Source of the DNA: Phyllobates terribilis
Taxonomy: Eukaryota
NCBI RefSeq assembly: GCF_046119375.1
Contig: NW_027362764.1
Coordinates: forward strand, 809,100,001 to 809,164,000
Length of the DNA: 64,000 bases
Direction: 5' to 3'
Below the pieces are notes generated by a model. That model searched no databases and was not told where the DNA came from. It saw only the letters and a program-made list of their open reading frames with translations. The translations under genes and the position numbers were made by a program. Positions within the stretch are counted from its first letter, which is position 1, and every line of letters starts with the position of its first letter. This document shows, piece after piece, positions 55,223 to 64,000 of the stretch.

Positions 55223-55340
55223 GCGAACTGTTCACGATAAGAAAACCGGTCAGGACATAAAGCTGACGGATGAGCAGGTGGATCTGGTTGACCGGCTGCA
55301 GCGAGGTCAATTTGGAGATGTGAACTGTGATCCATACGAG
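55223..55340 (+). CDS. bop1: bop1 exon 5 ([19 protein letters not shown]...DPYE)
   Basis: TTCTTACAG|, GAG|GTACGA, 118 nt. Confidence 0.96.
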
Positions 55341-55604
55341 GTACGAGAACGTCTCTCAGGTCTGGATGAAAGGTGTAATGAGTGAGGAGACTGCTCCGCA
55401 GGACCCAGCGAGCGCGCCCAGCTGGGAGGACTGGCGCGCCCGGCTGGGAGGACTGGCGCGCCCGAGGCGTTGCTCCTTTGCTGGTTAGATAAATTGCCTT
55501 TTCAATGTAAAAATAGGGCTCGCCTCTTTCCTAACTCAGTCACTGCAATCCTTCTCTCACCTCCACTGGGAACAGAAGTCCCCTTTTATTTCTCCAGCAC
55601 TCGA

Positions 55605-56595
55605 CCTGCCCCCTCCACCTTCTCTATAACCAGTGCAGACCTGCCCCCTCCACCTTCTCTATGACCAGTGCAGACCTGCCCCCTCCACCTTCTCTATGAC
55701 CAGTGCAGACCTGCCCCCTCCACCTTCTCTATAACCAGTGCAGACCTCCTGCCCCCTCCACCTTCTCTATAACCAGTGCAGACCTCCTGCCCTCTCCACC
55801 TTCTCTATAACCAGTGCAGACCTCCTGCCCCTCCACCTTCTCTATAACCAGTGCAGACCTCCTGCCCCCTCCACCTTCTCTATAACCAGTGCAGACCTGC
55901 CCTCTCCACCTTCTCTATAACCAGTGCAGACGTGCCCCCTCCACCTTCTCTATAACCAGTGCAGACCTCCTGCCCTCTCCACCTTCTCTATAACCAGTGC
56001 AGACCTGCCCCCTCCACCTTCTCTATAACCAGTGCAGACCTGCCCCCTCCACCTTCTCTATAACCAGTGCAGACCTGCCCCCTCCACCTTCTCTATAACC
56101 AGTGCAGACCTCCTGCCCCCTCCACCTTCTCTATAACCAGTGCAGACCTCCTGCCCCCTCCACCTTCTCTATAACCAGTGCAGACCCCCTTCCCCCTCCA
56201 CCTTCTCTATAACCAGTGCAGACCACCTTCTCTATAACCAGTGCAGACCCCCTTCCCCCTCCACCTTCTCTATAACCAGTGCAGACCTGCCCTCTCCACC
56301 TTCTCTATAACCAGTGCAGACCTCCTGCCCCCTCCACCTTCTCTATAACCAGTGCAGACCTCCTGCCCCCTCCACCTTCTCTATAACCAGTGCAGACCTC
56401 CTGCCCCCTCCACCTTCTCTATAACCAGTGCAGACCTCCTGCCCCCTCCACCTTCTCTATAACCAGTGCAGACCCCTGCCCCCTCCACCTTCTCTATAAC
56501 CAGTGCAGACCCCTGCCCCCTCCACCTTCTCTATAACCAGTGCAGACCTGCCCCCTCCACCTTCTCTAACCAGTGCAGACCTCCTGCCCTCTCCC
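55605..56595. repeat. 35-38-bp minisatellite CAGTGCAGACCTCCTGCCCCCTCCACCTTCTCTATAAC
   Basis: Directly visible, bop1 intron 5. Confidence 0.95.
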
Positions 56596-56934
56596 CAGTA
56601 GTCGATGCAGCTACTCCTTACCTAGTTATGGATGCAACCACTGTCGCATCCCCAGTAGTCACAGCAGTCCACCTTCTTCCCCAGTAGTGAGAAGCCCCTG
56701 GGTGGTATTTGCTATTGCTACTCTGCTCAGTTGAAAGGGGGCTGGGCAGTAATACCCCCCGACACCCAAAAATAAAGCCAATTTCTGTCCCTTGCAACAC
56801 CACCTGGTCACACAGAGTTCTCCGTAGCCCCTCCGTCCTGGAGGATGACACAAGCCTCTTCCAGTGATAATTTGGGGTCTCCTCCGATGCGCCCTCTGCT
56901 GTGCTAGCTGGCAGGAAGACTCTGCCGGCAGGAA

Positions 56935-57163
56935 GACTCTGCCATGGATGATGCCTGCCCGTCTGAGCTCTGACTCTGCCATGGATGACGCCTGCCCGTC
57001 TGAGCTCTGACTCTGCCATGGATGACGCCTGCCCGTCTGAGCTCTGACTCTGCCATGGATGACGCCTGCCCGTCTGAGCTCTGACTCTGCCATGGATGAC
57101 GCCTGCCCGTCTGATCAGCTCTGACTCTGCCATGGATGACGCCTGCCCGTCTGATCAGCTCTG
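56935..57163. repeat. 37-bp minisatellite CTCTGACTCTGCCATGGATGACGCCTGCCCGTCTGAG, about 6 copies
   Basis: Directly visible; abuts the exon 6 acceptor. Confidence 0.93.
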
Positions 57164-57177
57164 ATCTTTTCCTGCAG

Positions 57178-57279
57178 CCATCAGTAGATTTCTTCACACA
57201 TGAGACCATGATCCACCCAGTCACCAACCGACCGGCGGACAAGAAAAGCTTCATTCCTTCCCTCATTGAGAAGGAGAAG
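57178..57279 (+). CDS. bop1: bop1 exon 6 ([34 protein letters not shown])
   Basis: TTTTCCTGCAG|, AAG|GTAACG, 102 nt. Confidence 0.96.
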
Positions 57280-57391
57280 GTAACGACGTCTTAGCGGCTG
57301 GCGAGGGCGCCGTCTGTGATCGGCCATCCGGCTGAGGCGGCGGCAGCTGCTGCTGAACCTCTTCAGTGATCACATTTGTTGCTGGTTTTAG

Positions 57392-57604
57392 GTTTCTAAG
57401 TTGGTTCATGCCATTAAGATGGGCTGGATCCGTCCACGCAAGCCACGAGATGACACCCCCAGTTACTATGACCTGTGGGCGCAGGAGGATCCGAACGCCA
57501 TACTAGGGAGGCACAAAATGCACGTTCCCGCTCCACGGCTGCCACTCCCAGGACACGAGGAATCTTACAACCCCCCTCCGGAGTATCTGATGACCGAGGA
57601 GGAG
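57392..57604 (+). CDS. bop1: bop1 exon 7 ([13 protein letters not shown]...[20 protein letters not shown])
   Basis: TTTTAG|, GAG|GTGCGA, 213 nt. Confidence 0.97.
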
Positions 57605-57686
57605 GTGCGACATCTGATGTGTCTGGGGTTCAGCCGCTCGGTGTGTGAGCTTCCATCATGTCCAATATCTCCTCCATCCTCTGTAG

Positions 57687-57848
57687 AAATTGGCCTGGGA
57701 GCAGCAGGATCCTGAAGACCGGAAGTTGCCATTCCTTCCCAAGCAGCACCTCTCCCTGCGCTCCGTCCCCGCGTATGCCCGCTTCATACACGAGAGGTTT
57801 GAGCGCTGCCTGGACCTGTACCTGTGTCCTCGCCAGAGGAAGATGAGG
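57687..57848 (+). CDS. bop1: bop1 exon 8 (KLAWEQQ...[19 protein letters not shown])
   Basis: CTCTGTAG|, AGG|GTAAGC, 162 nt. Confidence 0.97.
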
Positions 57849-57918
57849 GTAAGCGGCCACCAGATGAGAGCACAGCACTTGTAGGAATGTCCTCCTCATC
57901 TGTGCTTCTATCACACAG

Positions 57919-57999
57919 GTCAACGTGGATCCCGAGGATCTGATCCCCAAACTACCCAAACCCCGAGACCTGCAGCCATTCCCTACCACACAGTCCATG
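57919..57999 (+). CDS. bop1: bop1 exon 9 ([27 protein letters not shown])
   Basis: CACACAG|, ATG|GTGAGT, 81 nt. Confidence 0.97.
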
Positions 58000-58104
58000 G
58001 TGAGTCTGACTTCTGGCCATGCCCTGGATGCTGCTGCTCCTCCTGGTCAGCTGCCATCTGTCTGCCCCTTCACTGATTGCTCTCCTTTCTGTTGGTCCCG
58101 TCAG

Positions 58105-58174
58105 ATTTATCGTGGTCATGCCTCCCTGGTGCGCTGTGTCAGTGTCTCTCCCTCCGGTCAGTGGATTGTCTCAG
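58105..58174 (+). CDS. bop1: bop1 exon 10 ([23 protein letters not shown])
   Basis: CCCGTCAG|, CAG|GTATGT, 70 nt; first WD40 repeat. Confidence 0.96.
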
Positions 58175-58296
58175 GTATGTGGATTCACAATCACTTTTAT
58201 TACATTACTTCTGTGTTGTGTCCTCGGCCGTCGCCTGCAGAGCCGACACTGGTCTGTGGAAGGATGTAAGGAGCGCAGCACCTGGAGACCTGGCCC

Positions 58297-58733
58297 GGAG
58301 GCTGAGGATCGCTCCACCACGGAGGCTGAGGATCGCTCCACCACGGAGGCTGAGGATCGCTCCACCACGGAGGCTGAGGATCGCTCCACCACGGAGGCTG
58401 AGGATCGCTCCACCACGGAGGCTGAGGATCGCTCCACCACGGAGGCTGAGGATCGCTCCACCACGGAGGCTGAGGATCGCTCCACCACGGAGGTTGAGGA
58501 TCGCTCCACCACGGAGGTTGAGGATCGCTCCACCACGGAGGTTGAGGATCGCTCCACCACGGAGGTTGAGGATCGCTCCACCACGGAGGTTGAGGATCGC
58601 TCCACCACGGAGGTTGAGGATCGCTCCACCACGGAGGTTGAGGATCGCTCCACCACGGAGGTTGAGGATCGCTCCACCACGGAGGTTGAGGATCGCTCCA
58701 CCACGGAGGTTGAGGATCGCTCCACCACGGAGG
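58297..58733. repeat. 24-bp minisatellite GGAGG(C/T)TGAGGATCGCTCCACCAC, about 18 copies
   Basis: Directly visible, bop1 intron 10. Confidence 0.97.
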
Positions 58734-58905
58734 TTTTGCTGTGATATTGTTTTTGTCTTCTGGATTATAATATAGTAATTGTCTAATTCAGCTGCCTTAA
58801 TCTGAGCAGACTTGAACCTCAGAGGCCCCAAGGACAATCTGTGCTCTGCAGACTCCTGGTAAGTCGTGTCATTTGCCAAGAGGATGACTTTACTGCTCTT
58901 CTTAG

Positions 58906-59038
58906 GCTCTGATGACTCAACACTCAAATTCTGGGAAATTTGTTCCGGCCGTTGCATGAAAACTGTTCATCTAGACGGGGCCATCAAAAGTGTGAACTGG
59001 AACCCGAACGCCTCACTGGTGCTGGTGGCTGCATGTGT
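58906..59038 (+). CDS. bop1: bop1 exon 11 ([20 protein letters not shown]...LVAACV)
   Basis: TTCTTAG|, GT|GTGAGT, 133 nt. Confidence 0.96.
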
Positions 59039-59045
59039 GTGAGTA

Positions 59046-59420
59046 TCCTGTATTATACTCCAGAGCTGCACTCACTATTCTGCTGGTGCAGTCACTGTGT
59101 ACATACATTACATTACTGATCCTGAGTTACCTCCTGTATTATACCCCAGAGCTGCACTCACTATTCTGCTGGTGCAGTCACTGTGTACATACATTACATT
59201 ACTGATCCTGAGTTACATCCTGTATTATACCCCAGAGCTGCACTCACTATTCTGCTGGTGCAGTCACTGTGTACATACATTACATTACTGATCCTGAGTT
59301 ACATCCTGTATTATACTCCAGAGCTGCACTCACTATTCTGCTGGTGCAGTCACTGTGTACATACATTACATTACTGATCCTGAGTTATCTCCTGTACTAT
59401 TCTCCAGAGCTGCGCTCACT
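59046..59420. repeat. 86-bp tandem repeat (about 4.4 copies) TCCTGTATTATACTCCAGAGCTGCACTCACTATTCTGCTGG...
   Basis: Period 86 (ORF starts 59097, 59183, 59269). Confidence 0.93.
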
Positions 59421-59499
59421 ATTCTGCTGTTCTTATTGGATGCAGCTCTGGGCCACTGATCTTGTGGGCTATCGGTCACATGCTCTTTCTTTTGCTCAG

Positions 59500-59680
59500 G
59501 GACTGCTCCGTTGTCCTCGTAAACCCTGGCCTTGGAGACCGTCTTCTGTGCAGTTCCACTGATCAACATTTAGGGGGGTACGAGGCACCAGAGGAGCAGA
59601 AGCAGCAGCCGGTGACCTGGGCGATTGCAGAGGGGGCAGATTATGACCAGGGGCTGCGGCTGCGACTCCATCATGAGAAG
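59500..59680 (+). CDS. bop1: bop1 exon 12 ([16 protein letters not shown]...[10 protein letters not shown])
   Basis: TTTGCTCAG|, AAG|GTAGAA, 181 nt. Confidence 0.95.
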
Positions 59681-59755
59681 GTAGAAATATCCCTGACGGG
59701 CGCCGTTCGTTCGCTGTGGCCTCCGCTGCTTCTCACACTTATTTTCTTCCCACAG

Positions 59756-60044
59756 GCAGTGAAGCAAGTGACGTGGCACGGGCGGGGGGATTATTTTGCA
59801 GTGGTCTTACCAGATAATGGAAATTCTCAAGTCCTCATTCATCAGCTCAGCCGCAGACGCAGCCAAAACCCTTTCCGCAAAAACAAAGGCCAGGTCCAGC
59901 GCGTCCAGTTCCACCCCACTCGCCCGTTCTTCTTTGTGGCCACACAGCGCTACATCAGGGTCTACAATCTGTTGAAACAAGAACTGACCAAGAAGCTACT
60001 AGCAAACTGCAAGTGGATCTCAAGCATCGCCATCCACCCTGCAG
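59756..60044 (+). CDS. bop1: bop1 exon 13 ([14 protein letters not shown]...[12 protein letters not shown])
   Basis: TTCCCACAG|, CAG|GTGAGT, 289 nt. Confidence 0.97.
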
Positions 60045-60129
60045 GTGAGTGGAGAATTATGGGGGTCTTAGCACTGGTGGGCCTCTCCAGGGGATGAGGT
60101 CAGAGCAGACACTTCTCATGTCTTTTCAG

Positions 60130-60214
60130 GTGATAATCTGATCTATGGAAGTTACGATTCAAAGTTGGCATGGTTTGATATGGATCTCTCCACGAAACCC
60201 TACAAGGTCCTCAG
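60130..60214 (+). CDS. bop1: bop1 exon 14 ([29 protein letters not shown])
   Basis: CTTTTCAG|, AG|GTAAGT, 85 nt. Confidence 0.97.
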
Positions 60215-60297
60215 GTAAGTTGTGAATGGTGGTCTGCACTTGTGATGGGGGGGTTCAGATTGTGGAGTGGCTATGTGAGATGTGATTTGTTTTACAG

Positions 60298-60405
60298 ACA
60301 TCATAAGAAGGCACTGAGGGCAGTGGCCTTCCACAGACAGTACCCGCTCTTCGCCTCTGGCTCTGATGATGGAAGTGTCATTGTGTGCCATGGCATGGTC
60401 TACAA
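60298..60405 (+). CDS. bop1: bop1 exon 15 ([36 protein letters not shown])
   Basis: TTTTACAG|, AA|GTAAGT, 108 nt. Confidence 0.97.
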
Positions 60406-60511
60406 GTAAGTGCGATGTCCTGCCGGTGGAGTTCTGGGTGGGTCTCCTGCCGGTGGAGTTCTGGGTGGGTCTCCTGGCGGGATGGTATGATCTGACCTCT
60501 TTCTCTTGCAG

Positions 60512-60665
60512 CGATCTCCTGCAGAATCCACTCATTGTTCCTGTTAAGGTTCTCCGAGGACATGATATTACCCGGGATCTGGGCGTCCTGGATGTTGTCT
60601 TCCACCCCACACAACCTTGGGTCTTCTCTTCTGGAGCCGACTCTACAATCCGTCTCTTCACCTAA
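60512..60665 (+). CDS. bop1: bop1 exon 16 ([14 protein letters not shown]...DSTIRLFT*)
   Basis: TCTCTTGCAG|, stop TAA 60663-60665. Confidence 0.97.
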
Positions 60666-60799
60666 CTGGACCTCATCTGATACGAGACCCTTGTGTAAAG
60701 GATGGAGCGTCAGTCTCCGGTCCTCCACCCTGCTGACAGCACCGCTGGTGGTGTCCTTCCTGTATATACGTCTGGGTCAGCCCAGCCACTGTGTTTTAT

Positions 60800-60805
60800 A
60801 ATAAA
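60800..60805 (+). terminator. bop1 polyadenylation signal AATAAA
   Basis: 135 nt after the stop codon. Confidence 0.8.
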
Positions 60806-61059
60806 ACTTGTAATGGCTCCACAATTGGTGCATCTCCTGTAATATCCCCTCCTCTATGACTTATGTGCATGGAATTCTATGTTTTTCATGTGCAGCAGCA
60901 TCTTTGGATTTTTGTGTTGTCTTTTACTGCATAGAAGTGACAGTAAGGAAGCGGCATTAATAATCGGGACCAGTGCAGGAGACTTGCTGTGGGCTGTCCA
61001 GATAGTCTACACCTTCCTGTTCACTGAGCGAGTTCTGTCCATGTGGACTGGAGCTGAAA

Positions 61060-64000
61060 GGCAAGAGCAACAGATCCGCGTCTCGTCGAAGGAGCCCAGC
61101 TCACAGCAGCCCGACGGATTTGCATCACATCGAAGGAGCTCAGCTCTCCGCAGCCCGATGGACTTGCATCACATTGAAGGAAACCAAATCACCACAGCCT
61201 AACAGATCCGCATCTCATCGAAGGAACCCAGCTCTCAGCAGCCCGACGTATCAGCGTCTCATTGAAGGAGCCCAGCTCACATCAGACCGAGGAACCCTGC
61301 TCTCCGCAGCCCACTGGATCTGCGTCTCATCGAAGGAGCCCAGCTCACAGCAGCCCGACGGATTTGCATCACATCGAAGGAGCTCAGCTTTCCGCAGCCC
61401 GCTGGACTTGCATCACATTGAAGGAAACCAAATCACCACAGCCTAACAGATCCGCATCTCATCGAAGGAACCCAGCTCTCAGCAGCCCGACGTATCAGCG
61501 TCTCATTGAAGGAGCCCAGCTCACATCAGACCGAGGAACCCTGCTCTCCGCAGCCCACCGGATCTGCGTCTCATCGAAGGAGCCCAGCTCACAGCAGCCC
61601 GACGGATTTGCATCACATCGAAGGAGCTCAGCTCTCCGCAGCCCGCTGGACTTGCATCACATTGAAGGAAACCAAATCACCACAGCCTAACAGATCCGCA
61701 TCTCATCGAAGGAACCCAGCTCTCAGCAGCCCGACGTATCAGCGTCTCATTGAAGGAGCCCAGCTCACATCAGACCGAGGAACCCTGCTCTCCGCAGCCC
61801 ACCGGATCTGCGTCTCATCGAAGGAGCCCAGCTCACAGCAGCCCGACGGATTTGCATCACATCAAAGGAGCTCAGCTCTCCGCAGCCCGATGGACTTGCA
61901 TCACATTGAAGGAAACCAAATCACAGCCTAACAGATCCGCATCTCATCGAAGGAACCCAGCTCTCAGCAGCCCGACGTATCAGCGTCTCATTGAAGGAGC
62001 CCAGCTCACATCAGACCGAGGAGCCCTGCTCTCCGCAGCCCACCGGATCCACGTCTCATCGAAGGAACCCAAATCACCACAGCCTGACGGATCTGCGTCT
62101 CATCGAAGAAGCCCAGCTCAGCGCACACCACCCCATTTGCGTCTCATCAAAGGAGCCTTAATCGCCACAGCTAGAATCTGCAGCGCCAAAGTAGCCCAGC
62201 TCACCGGAGACCACTACATTTGCGTCTCATCAAAGGAGCCCAAATCACAACAGCCGGACCGCTCCACTTCTCATCGAAGGAACCCAGTTCACTGCAGGCC
62301 GATGGATTTGCGTCTCATCGAAGGAACCCAAATCACCACAGCCTGATTGATCCGCGTCTCATCGAAGAAGCCCAGCTCACAGCAGACCGAGAAACCCAGC
62401 TCTCCGCAGCCCGATGGATCTGCGTCTCATCAAAGGAGCCTTAATCGCCATCGCTTGACAAATCTGCAGCTCATCAAAGGAGCCCAGCTCACAGCAGCCT
62501 GACGGATCAGCGTCCGAGCAAGGAGCCCAAATCGTCACAGCCCGACAGATCTGTGACTCATCTAAGGAACCGAACCCAGCTCACCACAACCCTACAGATC
62601 CGCGTCTCATCAAAGGAGCCCAGCTCATCGCAGACTGCCACATTTGCGTCTCATCAAAGGAGCCCAGCTCTCCGCAGCACGACGGATCTGCGTCTCAAAG
62701 GAGCCTTAATTGCCACGGCTTGACAGATCTGCAGCTCATTAAAGGAGCCCAGCTCACTGCAGACCACCACATTTGCATCTCATCAAAGGAGCCCAAATCA
62801 CCACACCCTGACAGATCCACATCTCAAAGGAACCCAGCTCACCGCAGGCCAACGGATCCACGTATCATTGAATGAAGCAAAATCACCACAGCTTGACAAA
62901 TCCACGTCTCATTGAAGCTGATCTGAATCTCATCGAAGGATCCCAAAATCACCACTGCCAGACAGATTTGCGTCACATCGAAGGAGCCCAGCTCACAGCA
63001 GCCCGACGGATCAGCATCGCATCAGAGCCCAAATCGTCACAGGCCGACAGATCTGTGCCTCATCTAAGGAACCCAATTCACCACAGCCCGGCGGATCCAC
63101 GTCTTATCGGAGGATCCCAGCTCACCGCAGCCCGACGGATTCGAGTTTCATCGAAGGAGCCCAAACCACCACAGCTTGACTGATCCGCGTCTGATTGAAT
63201 GAACCCAAAGCACCACAGCCCAACGAATCCGTGTCTCGTCGAAGCTGATCTGCGCCTCATCAAAGGAGCACAAATCACCACGGCCCGACGGATCCATGTC
63301 TCATCGGAGGATCCCAGCTTACCGCAGCCCGACGGATTCGAGTTTCATCGAAGGATCCCAAACCACCACAGCTTGACTGATCTGCATCTGATTGAAGGAA
63401 CCCAAAGCACCACAGCCCGGCGGATCCACGTCTCATCGGAGGATCCCAGCTCACCGCAGCCCGACGGATTCGAGTTTCATCGAAGGAGCCCAAACCACCA
63501 CAGCTTGACTGATCTGCGTCTGATGGAATGAACCCCAAGCACCACAGCCCGATGAATCCGTGTCGCGTCAAAGCTGATCTGCGCCTCATCAAAGGAGCAC
63601 AAATCACCACACCCCGACGGATCCATGTCTCATCGGAGGATCCCAGCTCACCACACCCCGATGGATCCATGTCTCATCGGAGGATCCCAGCTCACCACAG
63701 CCCGACGGATCCACTTCTCATTGAAGCTGATATGCATCTCATCAAAGGAGCACAAATCACCACAGCCCGACAGATCTGCATCTCAGTCACCACAGCCCGG
63801 CGGATCCACGTGTCATCGGAGGATCCCTGCTCACCGCAGCCCGACAGATCTGCATCTCAATCACCACAGCCCGGCGGATCCACGTGTCATCGGAGGATCC
63901 CTGCTCACCGCAGCCCGACAGATCTGCATCTCAAAGGAGCCCAGCTTATTGCAAACAGACACATTTGCATCTCATTAAAGAAGATCTGTGTCTCTTGAAA
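61060..64000. repeat. Degenerate ~43-45-bp satellite (TCTCATCGAAGGAGCCCAGCTCACAGCAGCCCGACGGATCTGCG) with a 244-bp higher-order period in 61.1-62.0 kb
   Basis: ORF starts 61262, 61506, 61750 are 244 apart; continues to the window edge. Confidence 0.9.

Larger units (their letters stand above)
6976..60665 (+). other. bop1: bop1 gene span (ribosome biogenesis protein BOP1/Erb1, PeBoW complex, WD40), 16 coding exons; 698 aa if the 1-nt gap in exon 3 is corrected
   Basis: Exons joined by GT-AG sites with consistent phases sum to 2096 nt (2097 needed); contains BOP1NT-domain sequence [14 protein letters not shown]...[13 protein letters not shown] and C-terminal WD40 repeats ending [21 protein letters not shown]. 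Confidence 0.96.

Overview
Eukaryotic (frog-like, by repeat content and protein sequence; inference) genomic window, roughly two-thirds of it occupied by about 20 unrelated GC-rich minisatellite arrays. It holds one complete 16-exon ribosome-biogenesis gene, bop1 (+ strand, ATG 6976 to TAA 60665, polyA signal 60800), and, nested antisense in its ~30 kb third intron, the two-exon bHLH gene scleraxis (scx, - strand, 52485 to 40095), the same arrangement known from mammals. As written, bop1 exon 3 is one base short (frameshift), and the scx intron starts with a non-canonical GC donor. A YY1/NRF1/ETS/Sp1 promoter at ~6.7-6.95 kb looks bidirectional. Mobile DNA: a near-intact IR/DR Tc1 element (DD34E) with a frame-preserving internal amplification, two L2 LINE fragments, hAT, Kolobok/T2-type and piggyBac-type non-autonomous elements, and a piggyBac transposase relic. 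Nearly all long ORFs in the supplied track are artefacts of stop-free tandem repeats. No CRISPR, rRNA or tRNA was seen, and I found no evidence of a wholly new multi-gene system; the most interesting signals are splice, frame and repeat-mechanism oddities.
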